Part shown: piece after piece, positions 41,751 to 55,789 of the stretch
How the letters are laid out: each line of letters opens with the position of its first letter
Numbering within the stretch: the first letter of the stretch is position 1
From: Octopus sinensis
Lineage: Eukaryota
Assembly: GCF_006345805.1 (NCBI RefSeq)
Contig: NC_043012.1
Span: 41,912,001-41,976,000, forward strand
Direction: 5' to 3'
Length of the DNA: 64,000 nt
Translations under genes and position numbers: made by a program
Notes under the pieces: model-generated
Database searches by the model: none
Told to the model about the DNA's origin: nothing
Seen by the model: the letters and a program-made list of their open reading frames with translations, nothing else

Positions 41751-42443
41751 TTGAAACATTGTTCGATCACACGGACCAGGTTTTCTGGTAATGCCCAGAA
41801 ATTCGGATCCGTGTGTATAGGACGGTCTTCTTTCAGTTTCCGTCTACCGGTTTGATAGACAGAAACTGAAAGAAGACCGGATTTCTGGATAATACTAGAA
41901 ATCCTGGTCTGTGTGTTTCACGTCGGGCTGGAAATACTAATAGGGCACAGAAAGTGTGTCAATAGCCAGCTGGAGGAGGTGTCCCCACAAGGCTTTGGTG
42001 GGGCCGAAGCTATAGAAGACACTCGCCCAAGATGCCACGCAGTGGGATTGAAACAGGAACCGTGTGGTCGGGAAGCAAGCTTCTTACCACACAGCCACGC
42101 CTGCACGTATAGACTAGGGAAAAAAATTTTTTTTTTCAAAGTTTCAAGTTAGGGAAAGGAAACAACTACAACTAGATTAAGAATAGGATGCTTCCCTCAC
42201 ATTTTATTGAAAGAAGTTTTAAATTGCTTTTACAAATTCAATTTTTATAAAATGTGCAGGATTTTCAATTGAATGGGAATAAATGAACATTTAAAAAAAT
42301 ATAACCGTGCAAATGTAACATTCACAAACACCATAGAATCAAACACACGCACACACACACACGCATACACACACACACATACACATGTATACATATATCA
42401 TATATGTGTGGGTACGTATATATTATATATATATATATATATC

Positions 42444-42486
<43 letters not shown>

Positions 42487-42568
42487 ATATATATAATTAC
42501 ACGGATCCGGTGTCTGGTTAATACCAGAAATCTTGGTCCGTGTGTTTGACGTCAGGCTGGAAATACTG

Positions 42569-42643
<75 letters not shown>

Positions 42644-43402
42644 GATATGTGTACAGGGAAGTCTGGCTATTTATTACTTGCAAGCAAATGTGGGTGTACA
42701 TAGCTTGAATACGCATAGTTTATGTACACATTACTTCATCACTATTCACTAAATCTTCACTCAAAATCCCACCATCACGATTTCACTCATATCCACACCT
42801 ACAAAAAATCATAGCGTTACTAATTACGGTTACACCGTACCCGTTATACCGGCTATTATTAACAACTATACGGGTGGGCGTCGAGATTTACGAAAATCTT
42901 ACACAAAGTGTACACGTCCATATAAGTACACACACACACGCACACATTCGCATATAGGTACTCAAAGCATTCACAAATATAGACACGCATTACTTCCTTT
43001 TTCACTTGGCTCGGTCAATTGACTGCGGCCATATTGGGACGCCGCCATTCAAAATGAAAGTTACATCCTCATTTGGGGGTACAACTTCGAATGTCAGTAT
43101 TTCTCTCAACCTTTCAATAAAGAACACAGGCCTTTAAACACGGCCTGCAAGCCGACCATGCCACCATAGAGCCCACGATTGTAGGTGTATATGCATTCAT
43201 ATATCTTTTATCTTTTATTCAGTCGTTGGAAAGCGGTCATGCTGGTTTTAGTCGATCGAACTGAGCTCAGGACTTATTTTTTAAAAATCCGGCGACTTAT
43301 GCTATCGGTCTCTTTTGCCGAGCCACTAAGTTATGGGGATGCAAACAAACCAACATCGGTTGTCAAGCAGTGGTGGGGGACGAATACAGACACAGACATA
43401 TC

Positions 43403-43449
<47 letters not shown>

Positions 43450-43475
43450 GTCTGTCTGTCTGTCTATATATATAC

Positions 43476-43518
<43 letters not shown>

Positions 43519-43742
43519 TACGAGGGGTGCTAAAAAGTTTCTGGCCTTTGGGGTGTCACGAAAGACCTGGCTGGAGGCCCAACCTTCCATGTTCTTTTAC
43601 AGGGTTTAGAAAAACTGAAGGACCGCTACAATAAGTGTGTGAATCTGAAAGGGGAATATGTTGAATAAAACCATAATTAACTGATCCGCCTCTATTTTCT
43701 TTTGCCCAAAGCCAGGCACTTTTTAAAACCTACCCCTTTGTA
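43519..43742. mobile_element. Internally deleted mariner (MITE-like)
   Basis: TACGAGGGGTGCTAAAAAGT.. left end, imperfect inverted right end, and C-terminal KLKDRYNKCVNLKGEYVE*. Confidence 0.7.
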
Positions 43743-43983
43743 AATATATATATGATGGACTTTCCCGTCATTAGACTACGTATGTGGGTTCGACAGTTTC
43801 TTACCGAACAACCACACGCACATATATAAAGTCAATTCAAATAAACGAATAATAAAACGGACCAGAAGAGGAATGTATTGGCTGGACGTTCGGCGAAAAG
43901 AGAGAGTTTGATGATTCGAGCATGGCTCTTCGTTGGAAAGGAGAAAGGTAAAAGTCCAAAGAAAGAAAAAGATCGCCAACACC

Positions 43984-44082
<99 letters not shown>

Positions 44083-44545
44083 AACTATAGAAAATGGGTC
44101 TCCGTCACTTTAGACGCTAAGTGTCCAGGCTTTCGTTCAAACGAATTATTTATTTATAGAATAAATACATGGTGGTTGAAAGCATCTGTGTGAGTGTGTA
44201 CCTTTTAATCGTGGATGCAATTCATACACGCACCGGGTGGTTAAAGCTTCCATCCACCCAGTTTCACTGACTAAGCGTGGATCAAAGGAAATCTGTGGAG
44301 AAAGTGACTTGCTTGACGTACCGCACTGAGACCGAACGCTGAACCTTGTGACTGCAAAGCAAATTCTTCAACCATCCGGTCACACAAACTCACACACACA
44401 CGCTCATACACATAAACGCAATGACACACGCACACACGTCCCCATACAAATACTAAAAGTTAGGTTTTATGTTCGGTACACTAACCTTAAAAACACATGC
44501 ATACAAACATCTTCAACCTCTCTCTCTCTCTCTTTCTCTTTCTCT

Positions 44546-44596
<51 letters not shown>

Positions 44597-45199
44597 TTAT
44601 GACTTGCACATAACCACAAATATAAATATAAAGGCCCACATGTACACGCAGTATACCAACATTTTAAAAAAGAAACCTACACACACACACACGCACACGC
44701 ATACAAATACCTACACCATAATCCTACGCTTATTAAGAACAGGTAAATATATTCAAATAAATATTCCCACACACATACACACACTTTCACACAACACCAA
44801 TGAGAAAGGTTACATACCTACAGTCAAAACAAACACTTGCTAAACAAGCTTACACACACACACACACACAAGCCTACACTCATTAAAGCACATCCAACGC
44901 TACTCTCCCACCCCACTTCCACCACTCCCAGATCTCACACCCGGACACATTTCTTTACCCATATAAGGAAACTCAATGTTTACGTAAAAGGTTCTAAAGT
45001 TAAAGAAGTGATTAATTTGCCTTCGACGCTAATCAAGGAGACATCATCACATTCACTTGATCGATTGGTCATCATTATTCCATCGATATTATAATCATTA
45101 TTAATAGAATAATTCTATGATTAGTTTGGAACACAGCAACGAGCCATGGTCTTTCCACCGACATCTCAGCTGGGGTCAGTAATTGAAATTTCTTTATTA

Positions 45200-45237
<38 letters not shown>

Positions 45238-45277
45238 CCCTTCCCCAAAAATTTCAGGCCTCGTACCTATAGTACAA

Positions 45278-45321
<44 letters not shown>

Positions 45322-45322
<1 letters not shown>

Positions 45323-45827
45323 GAGTGAGAGATGGCAGTGCATGCCATCAAAGTGACACTGGGGTAAAATATACGAAGCTCAGTATACCCATCATGACTA
45401 CCCGTCATCTCATATCAAGATAAACAGCGCATGACCTTGAAGGTGGGGCCCAGTTCGAATTTTCTTCTGGTTGAGTAACCCATCCCGCTCAAAAGGTCCC
45501 TGAATAAGGATTGTTTAAGGATGTTGAAAGAAAACCACCCATTTTTCCAAAGGTGAATTATCCAAACGTCTACGAATTCCTTTCAACAAACGGCTATGAT
45601 GCTCTCCCACTACTTCTGCTCATGATCAGAAATGCACATATCGTCAGCCACTAAGGATCATGCTCAACTGGTTAAGATCAAACAACTGACAAGCAAATCT
45701 GTGGTATTGAGCAGAATATTTATTGTAGCCCATATTTTATACCAAGACAAAACAATGTAGATGATAACACTTCCAATCAGTTAAGATCAGAAGCCATGAG
45801 AGTCACTCTCTGGTACTGCATCAGGGC

Positions 45828-45830
<3 letters not shown>
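45322..45830 (-). mobile_element. Copy of the ~540-bp (AAT)n-associated repeat
   Basis: Reverse complement of 33573-34113, with (ATT)n on both sides. Confidence 0.8.
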
Positions 45831-45885
<55 letters not shown>

Positions 45886-47472
45886 GGTATTATGCTTAGG
45901 GTGCCATATATTTGGTTTTGCACATAGTATTGTTCTAGGGAAATTAGAGCCCAATTTGTTGTCATTACTTTTCTGGGTGCTACTGTGGTTCTAAATGGTT
46001 GTTATGGATGTCCTTGTATTTGTCTCAATTGAGACAAATCCTAATTTCCAAGGGGTCAGCTCCTCTACGCACCTCCTCTTGAGCATACTTCAGGCGAACG
46101 AATAAATACATCGAACCAAAGCCAAGCCGTAACCAACTCCGACACTTCCCAGACGCGTCGTTATATCAACGTTTCTGCTAATTATTTATCATCGCAGATC
46201 CAACTCATCCATTATTTTGTAGAAAATATTGATTACAAAATAAGGATCCCAAACTATGTGGTCACCATTTTGAAAACGAAAGCTGATTCGACTTCGATAT
46301 TCTCGCTGATTTGGGCTCTAACACTGAACAGCTAAATTGATCGTTAATGGACTGCGATATCTTAGCCTCTACATTCATCAAATTAAACGATCATATTTAA
46401 ATCTCTCTCTCTCTCTCCTTCTCTCCTTCTTTCTCTCACTCTCTCCTTCTTACTCTCTCCTTCTCTCTCACACTCTCTCTGACGGGCTTTTACAGTATCT
46501 GTCAACGAAATTCACTTCAAAGGCATTGGTCGCGCAGTGGGACTGAACCCGAAACTATGCAGTTGCAAGCATATAGCCTCTGAACACTTTGTTGACAACA
46601 TGAAGGAGGATAAGAGAATATTCAATGAAAAAACTCATTAACTTGTATGGCCGCCGTCCATCTGGCCGTAGTTGTTGCCACTGTTGTTGTTGTTGTCTTC
46701 GTCGTTGATGTTGTAGTTGCTGTTTAGCCCTCTGCCGGCCTTGATTGAGATCATGTATGACCAAATGCGTTCCACTCGTTACCCTCCTGTGTTTTCATAT
46801 GTTTACACCCAAATACGTTCTATACTATTGTAGTTTTAGTGCTACTTGTCTTCTATACTTTTGCATATTTTGGACTTCTTGCTTTTTTTACATTTGTACT
46901 ACTTGCCTATCATACGTTTGTATATTTAGAACTATTTGTGTTTCATACTTTTCGTGACGGTAAGAATGTAATTTGAGGGAAATCGGCTGCTATTTCTTGC
47001 AAATCGAATAACTACGTAGAAGCTCTCTTGTTGATAATTTTTAACAAACACTAAAGAATTTACTGAAAGCAAATGTTTTGACGCCATTACAGAAGTGAAA
47101 CGGTGAAATATAAGATTCTTCCCAGATTCCTATGAATTCGTCTCCTCCTTCTTTCGTTGAGTTAGGACGTCCACCAGGTCGACCACGAGGACGGCCACAC
47201 CACAGATCTTGTGAATATTTACAGAATTTCTGAGTTATGATCTTATCGTTATGTTTTCTAAAACAATCCTTAATAGATATAGTTAGTATAAGATTTAATT
47301 TTTAAACATTTTATGGAGTGGTCGGAGATAAAACCTTTCAGTGTTGATTGAGTTGAAGGTGGTTCTTGTCTCTAAAATTACTTTTATATATTTGAATTAA
47401 AAATTGAAAGATGTTCATTTTAGTACATCTAATTCGAATGTCTTTTTTCTGTGCACTTGGAAGTAATATTCC

Positions 47473-47511
<39 letters not shown>

Positions 47512-47630
47512 TATATATATATAATATATATATTATATTTATATTTTAATATATCTATAATATTTATATGTATATATATTAATATAATATATATATAATA
47601 TAGATTAGTATATATATATATATATATATC

Positions 47631-47693
<63 letters not shown>

Positions 47694-47891
47694 TATATAT
47701 ATATTATATATCTATATATATTATATATTATATATATATATATATATATAATTATATATTATATTAAATTAGAGACAAAACCACTATTAGGCAAATCATA
47801 CAATGAAAAACTTAAGCCAATACATAAGATTATCTAATTTATATTATTTAAATATAAAACAAAATTATTTTAAAATATATAATTAATATAT

Positions 47892-47955
47892 CACTACGAT
47901 CGTTTCATGGCTGTTAATTTCTTTAAATTTTCGAGTTACAGTCATTCATCAGGTG
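47892..47955 (-). ncRNA. Type-I hammerhead ribozyme motif
   Basis: Reverse complement: CAC-CTGATGA-ATGACTGT..ACAGCCAT-GAA-ACGATCGT-A-GTG. Confidence 0.75.
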
Positions 47956-48927
47956 GTTTAAATATCTAAAATATAATCAATATTTTAAGATATTAAATAA
48001 TATATATAATAATATAATAATTTAACTTAAATAAAACTCTATTATCAAATATGATTATATCGAAATCGACTATAATGTTAAATATTAACTTTAATTTATA
48101 AGGTAGGAAACCCATAATCTAATATCAATATTAGTCTATATCTAATTACATAAATATTTAAAATGACTAATATATATAAATTATCAATGAAAATATATAT
48201 AAATATTATAATCAAGATCTAAAATAATCTCTATAAATAATTGTATATAATGAAAACCTAATGAATTTAATTTTTCATATTTAAAGATGAAATAGCTAAT
48301 TTCAAAATACAAATAAACTAACTTAAACGTACTTTCAGAAATCTTATGTAAAATACTTTTAGAAATAATCAATTCTTAGTAATATAGTATCGAATAAATA
48401 CTATAAGTACTATAAATATAATTATGAATGGGAATTATTATCTAATATACATTTAAAGAAATAACTAAGTTATGCTATTAAATTATACATGGCCTAGACC
48501 AATCTTTAGTCGAAACATATCTAATTTTATCAAAGTTTATTTCTGAAAGTCCGTTTAAGTTAGTTTTTTTTGTATTTTGAAATTAGCTATTTCATCTTTA
48601 AATATGAAAAATTAAATTTATTAGGTTTTCATTATATACAATTATTTATAGAGATCATTTTAGATCTTGATTATAATATTTATATATATTTTCATTGATA
48701 ATTTATATATATTAGTCATTTTAAATATTTATGTAATTAGATATAGACTAATATTGATATTAGATTATGGGTTTCCTACCTTATAAATTAAAGTTAATAT
48801 TTAACATTATAGTCGATTTCGATATAATCATATTTGATAATAGAGTTTATTATAAGTTAAATTATTATATTATATTATATATATTATTTATATCTTTAAA
48901 ATTTGATTATATTAGATATTTTTAAAC

Positions 48928-48992
48928 CACCTGATGAATGACTTGTAACTCGAAAATTTAAAGAAATTAACAGCCATGAAACGATCGTAGTG
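48928..48992 (+). ncRNA. Type-I hammerhead ribozyme motif
   Basis: CAC-CTGATGA-ATGACTTGT..ACAGCCAT-GAA-ACGATCGT-A-GTG. Palindromic stem III, GUA site. Confidence 0.75.
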
Positions 48993-49451
48993 ATATATTA
49001 ATTATATTTTTTTAATATTTTGTTTTATATTAAAAATATAAATTAGATAATCTTATGTATTGGCTTAAGTTTTTCATTGTATGATTTGCCTAATAGTGGT
49101 TTTGTCTCTAATTTAATATAATATAATATTTTACTATAAAATTGGATTCAATCCTAAATCTGCTTTTTCCCTGTAAGTTTGGATTATTCCCTAATATTTA
49201 TTATATATATTATATATATATATATATATATAGATATATATATATGTAATAAAATAGAACATATGCATATATATAAACATATATGTACGTACCTACCTCT
49301 ACATGTACATATACACGCATATATGTGTACAGGACCCAAAAAGACGTCGAACACATAGAGAGACGAAAAACAGACACAAACCAGGAACAGGACAAGCAAA
49401 AAAGAAAAAAGAGATACAGGACAATAAGCACAACATATATATATATTATAT

Positions 49452-49508
<57 letters not shown>

Positions 49509-50919
49509 ATTATATATATATATGTGTGTGTGTGTGTATGTGTATGTATGAGAGAGAGAGAGAGTAAGAGAGAGAGAGAGTTAGGTATTATCGTTTAATT
49601 CGATGAATGTAGAGGCTAAAATCCCAATCCATTAACGATCAATTTAGCTGTTCAGGGTTAGTCTAATCAATGGAAATATCGACGTCGAATCAGCTTTCAT
49701 TTTCAAAATGGTGACCACATAGTTTGGGATCCTTATTTTGTAATTCATATTTTCTACAATGTCCTTCAGACATGTGAGGGAAACCTTTGTTAGGAGAAAC
49801 AAGATTATTCTTCACAAAGAAGTCCAGTTTTTGGAGGGTTATGTTGAATTAGTGGCTGGTATTCATGCTCAACAACAAAACATTCTCAGTTTTGTGGGTG
49901 GGGAGTTTTCATTTTCACTGTTATTGTTGGTGTTGTTGTTGTTGCTGTATTCAAATGTATTTAAATGGCAGGGATAAAAATAACATTTTACAGTAATTTT
50001 TTGCGCATTTCGTTCACAATTAGGGGGAATTTCATTTACATTAATTAAACGATGCCTCCTAAAACAACAAACTGGGTCTTTTATATGCAGATTATTTTGG
50101 TGTCTTTCTTTTCAATCGTTTCGATTCTGAGTCACATGAAAAACAGGAGTAAAAACAATGCAGAAAAGAGAAAGTATTTAGACGTGGGAAATTTCTGCGG
50201 AAGATCTGGATAATTTGCATGTTTCCGTTTACTGACATGTTTGTTTTGTTTTCTATTTTTTTTCTTCTTCCAAAAAAAAAAAATAGAAGACTTAATGTCA
50301 CCGTAGCCTAAGTCTAAGACAATGAAGGGAGTTTATATGTGGTTACTGACCTACCAGGAATAATACTCGAATTTCCTCAAACCACACCATACTGTCTTCG
50401 AAAATAAAAGAGAATACAATAAAACACGTCCTAGATATGTAAAAAGTCAGGGTGGTCACAATCGGAACGATTTGATCATAGGCTTGTTTTTTGCTTGGTC
50501 AGGATTAACTTGGATTAACAGCTAAAATATTCAAATAAGAAAGCGGGGATTTTATTTGTGCTTTTTTATTGTTTTTTGGTTTCTGCGCACTATTTTTATT
50601 ATTTTTTTATGTATGATCTTCTTTGTTTATAAATAAATTTTTGAATTTCGAGACTAAGTGGCGTAGGAAAATTACTAAGGTGGCGGTGCATGTGCCTTGC
50701 CTTAATTGCGTTAATTGTTTCAGTTGTAGAGTTCAAATTACACCATGTTCAAATTCCGTGTTCGACCTTAGGCTTCCTACTTTAAGGGGTTTTATAAAAT
50801 ACACCGTTATAAAAACAGAGCCACCAGTTGTGACCTTTCTCTGTCTCTTCTACTCTTACTACACCCATTAGTCTTACCCACACTTTTATGTCTTCTCTTA
50901 CCACAAGTACAAATTATAT

Positions 50920-50961
<42 letters not shown>

Positions 50962-51589
50962 ACTCTTACTACATCCATCAGTTATATTCTCTTGCTATTC
51001 TTATTCTTACCACAATTACCAATTGTGATCTCCTTCTAACCCTTCTCCTCTTACTACAACCACCAGTTGTGTTCTCTTTGTGACACTTCTTCAATCATCA
51101 GATAACAATGTTGTCACTCGATCGGCCAAAAGTGACAACTAAAATCTTCAATTCATACGCTGTTGTCTTTAAAAAGAAAAACAATACGCAATGTAGTTCA
51201 TAGAATCTGTTATATTATGGCTAACCTGTGGCTACAAACATTAGCAACAGCAAGGAAAGACATATCAGATAATGTAGTTGTTGATAGACTATGTTTAAAT
51301 AAAGATGGGGTGGTCACAGCTGGATGTCTTTGATCACAGGCTTGTTGGATCATGGGTGATCTATAGATAAAAGTTATTTCATATTGATGCTGGAAGACAG
51401 AAGGAAATTTTTATATTTATTTTTATATTCTAGAGAGGAGATAATCCAAATAACCAGCAATTAATTGGTGTGAATGGCCACCAGGGCAGATTTACGCAAA
51501 ACTGAAAGGTTTTAAGGATCATGCATTTCTAAATACATAGACATAGTGAGAGAGAAGTGAAAATCTACACAGGAGTGTAGATTAAATTG

Positions 51590-51850
51590 TCCAGTGGGCG
51601 GCAACCTAACTTTGAAGACGACAGGAAAAAAAAAAGAAAAATTATGTACCGAACTCTTAAAAAACCTGAACTATACTTTAGATTTATACCTGTAATTATT
51701 GAGATATTTTCACGCTTAACTACCTGTCTCAGCACCGAAGTTGAAAAGCTAGGCTTCATAGAATCAGTAAAGATAAAGATAGTTGGAAATTTCCAATAGA
51801 ACATTTTTGGAACTGTAAAAATAGGCGAAACATTCTGGAACGTTAGCCTA
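51590..51850 (+). mobile_element. Decayed RLE-type LINE 3' end
   Basis: LYFRFIPVIIE..LGF..GTVKI..F, similar to 52990-53465. Followed by (CATA/GTAT)n. Confidence 0.55.
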
Positions 51851-52094
51851 TAGTATATACACACACACACACCTATAGACACGTAAGCACATGCGTATTT
51901 CGATGGTTTTTTTTACATATGTACGTATGTACGTATGTAAGTATGTATGTATGTACTATGTAAGTACGTATGTATCTATGTATGCATGTACGTATGTATG
52001 TACGTATGTATGTATGTATTTATGTATGTATGCATTAGGTGGAGGAATACAGCAACACACTCAGTACACAAGTGTTTACCATAAAAATGCCTTT

Positions 52095-52283
<189 letters not shown>

Positions 52284-52989
52284 GTAAGTAGGTAAATAAA
52301 TAGATAGACAGATGTAGAGAGAGAAAGAGAGTGAGAGAGATAGGGGGAAGGAGAGGAATATCAGCAGATAAGCATAAATTGCACAAATAGTTAATTCATT
52401 TAATTTATTTCTGAACTGCATGTGAGATTTATGCCTTTTTGTTCTTTATTCTAAACATGTTGCTCTCAGCGATCGTCTTAGCCGATACTGTATTTACCAG
52501 TAAACATGTTCCACAAGAGATTATGATGTTGTGAGAACGTATTGGAGCTTAACAATGTGTCAATAACTGAGCTCTTAACTGCTGTGGATTTAATTTGTGG
52601 TGCCAATTCTTCAAAGATGTCACATACAAATGTTTGTGCATAAATGTGTGCATGTATGTATAAACATACGCGCATACATACTAGCATGCATGTATCCAGC
52701 CATCATACCTACACAAATAAGAAAAATACGTTTTCTTGGTAAACACTTGTTTCCTGATGGTGTTGCTGTATTCCATCTCGAAATGCAAGCATACGTAAAT
52801 ACGTACATACATACATACGCACACACCTTAACATGTACATACACACATACACACACACACACTTACATACATACAAAACATACATACATAATACATACAT
52901 GCATATGTAGGCAAAACATGGAAACGAGCTAACCGATGCTGACTTTTAACGCCATAGATATCAACCGCATTATAGGAATTGTCATCACT

Positions 52990-53465
52990 TTATTATTTGC
53001 CGATGAGACATGATGCTGTGGCCAAGACACCTTACAATGAGATCTGCCGGGACAATACACAGATGTAAAAATCCACCATGTGGTTGGGACCACAGCTATG
53101 ATGATGAGAAGAAGTATTGGTGGAATGTCCCATTGAAAAGATCAATAAAATGCAAACCTAGAAGACAGGAGGGAAAGTAGTGGAAGTTAATTTCCCAGAG
53201 GATGTCAACACAAAGCTATAAATCACTGAAAAAGTAAAACACTACACTGAACTATAAAGAAATTCACGGTTGTTTCAGCCGGATTACAACCTCAAATTTA
53301 TACCTGTAATTATAGGTGCCCCAGGGTATCTAACAGACAGCCTCAGTACCAGTCTTGTGAATTCAGGCTTCTCTAAACCAGAAAGGAGGAAACTAATTAG
53401 ATTACAGACACAAACTGTTATTTGAACAATCAAAAGTTATAAAATATTCCAAAAGTTTAGCATAT
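52990..53465 (+). mobile_element. Decayed RLE-type LINE 3' end
   Basis: RHDAVAK..KYWWNVP..YNLKFIPVIIGA.GYL..GFS..K.IRL... (CATA)n follows downstream. Confidence 0.6.
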
Positions 53466-54119
53466 AGGTGCATATGTGCATATGTCTAAACATGTGACAT
53501 TGTGTATGAGTTTACACACACAAAACATGCAAATCTGCAGATGTAGTGAGGCTATATACTTGCAAGAACGCTCCAAGACAAGCAGAAATACTTCGTTGGT
53601 GTTATTGAAATTTCAGTAAAGGTGTCTTGGATCCTGGCTAGGAACCGACACTTTCTCCAATGAGAAGAAATACAGAATCAAAATTAAATAACAAACAAAA
53701 ATACATACATACATACACACACACACATACATACATACATACATACATACATACATACATACATACATACATACGTACATACGTACGTACGTACGTACGT
53801 ACGTACATACATACATACATACATACATACATACATACATACATACATACATACATACATACATACATACATACATACATACATACATACAATCAGCATC
53901 TGGCTGATTTGTAAATTCAAATGAAAGAACCTTCCTTCGAAATTGCAGACCGGTTTTGTTTCTTCAGTGAGAAATTTGAAAAATTAGGTTAGCATAAGTG
54001 ATACATTTGCATACACATGCACACTCACGAGTACACACAATACGTACACATACACATGCAACATACACACACATACACACACACATACAACACACCACCC
54101 ACAGAGATATGTATAGTAA

Positions 54120-54160
<41 letters not shown>

Positions 54161-54238
54161 TATATATATATTATATATATAATATATATATGTGTGTGTG
54201 TGTTGTGTGTGTGTATGTGTGGTGTATATATATATATA

Positions 54239-54300
<62 letters not shown>

Positions 54301-54571
54301 ATATTATATATATATATATGTGTGTGTGTATATATATATATATATATGATGTTCTTGTAAGTTGTTGTTATAATAATAATAATAATAATAATAATAAACA
54401 ATAATTTCATTAATTTGCCACAAGGGCATCAATGAGTGAGACAATACTAATGCATTTTTCATCCACTGCACTTATTAATTAGTGTAAATAATATAATATC
54501 CAGTTTTTATTTTTCACATTAAGTACTCCGTGTCTTCTATACTGTTCTTTATTGTTTCTTGTTGCTTGCAG

Positions 54572-54719
54572 GTGTATTAAACCGAACGAAGAGAAAACTC
54601 CAAATAAGTTCGAAACTGATCATGTCCTAGACCAACTGCGAACCAGTGGACTTATGGAAATTGCCAGAATCAGACAACTGGGTTCCCAGTACGAATTGGC
54701 TTCCAAGAATTCATAGACA
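54572..54719 (+). CDS. Myosin motor domain exon (R-CIKPNEEK..VLDQLRTSGLMEIARIRQLG / FPVRIGFQEFID) with an apparent 1-nt frameshift
   Basis: RCIKPN and QLR..G..E..RIR..G motifs. Acceptor ttgcttgcag|, donor gtaagt at 54720. In-frame TAG at 54714-54716, while the -1 frame from 54683 gives the conserved FPVR..F.EF. Confidence 0.9.
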
Positions 54720-54750
54720 GTAAGTTGATATTTCATACATAACATTATAA

Positions 54751-54817
<67 letters not shown>

Positions 54818-54966
54818 TGTTGAAATGGAAAGATGAATTATCTTGTTACGGATTATTCAAAAGTTTAACCGATACTGGGTAGCAAAAATCACAGCAGAAA
54901 AAACACGGTTGGAGATATGACCATATGGTTGTTGCAACCGTGCGTTGGTGCGGATAATTGAAGTTA

Positions 54967-55186
54967 ATATAATTAGTGAATGGAAGAAATGGAGTTGAAC
55001 GAAGATTGTACAGAATTCCTTTTATTAACATTCTACACATGTTTCAAAGGCCCCAATTTTCCAAATTCTGATTAAATTCTGATTTATTTAATCAGAATTT
55101 GGAAAAATTGTGGCCTTGAAACATGTGTAGAATGTAATAAAAGGAATTCTGTACAATCTTCGTACAACTCCATTTCTTCCATTCAC

Positions 55187-55195
<9 letters not shown>
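54967..55195. mobile_element. Short foldback (~110-bp arms) next to (TA)n carrying only the 3' half of a hammerhead
   Basis: Arms 54967-55076 and 55087-55195. GAA-ACATGTGT-A and the AAATGGAGTT.AACG terminus are shared with the 9.2-kb element. Confidence 0.75.
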
Positions 55196-55217
<22 letters not shown>

Positions 55218-55657
55218 CAGTTTCATGTACTGAGAGCATGTTTTTTAACACGTCTGGTGTCCACAATCATCAGACATGGCAAGGCAATGTCTGGTCATTG
55301 TACTAGGACACCATAGGTTTTAAAAACACTGTTTGGCACGCTCTCAGCACATGGAACTAATAGTTGTACAGAAATACAAACTATCTTTAACATTTTCTTG
55401 AGAATGTATATTTATGTTGTAATCTTTTGTGCCCAATATTTTAAGGAACTTGTTAAACTTTCTTATGTCCTTAACATGTTCTTGTTACCAAAGACTGTAT
55501 ATATGTAATGTAGCATTTTGTAACAACCAATAATTAACGCAACCAAACTTTTACACGTTACTTTTGACAATCTTTTTCCAAAGAGTGAAACCGGTAAAGT
55601 AAATAAACACCTTTTAAAATTACATTTTCAAACCTCTTTCGTATATATAATATATAT

Positions 55658-55729
<72 letters not shown>

Positions 55730-55744
55730 GTAGATAGATAGATG

Positions 55745-55784
<40 letters not shown>

Positions 55785-55789
55785 TATAC

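Larger units (their letters stand above)
47760..49120. mobile_element. Large AT-rich foldback (~583-bp arms, ~196-bp spacer) in (TA)n-like sequence; hammerhead in each arm
   Basis: Arms 47760-48342 and 48539-49120 are reverse complements, differing mostly by 1-nt indels and a few substitutions. Confidence 0.9.
46218..49758. repeat. ~170-bp inverted repeat pair (46218-46391 and 49590-49758) enclosing the 47.8-49.1 kb foldback
   Basis: ACAAAATAAGGATCCCAAACTATGTGGTCACCATTTTGAAAA is the reverse complement of TTTTCAAAATGGTGACCACATAGTTTGGGATCCTTATTTTGT. Scattered mismatches elsewhere. Confidence 0.85.

Noticed and set aside
54678-54690. Programmed -1 ribosomal frameshift
   Set aside because: GGGTTCC is not an X XXY YYZ slippery site and no downstream stimulator is evident. 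An indel error is simpler.
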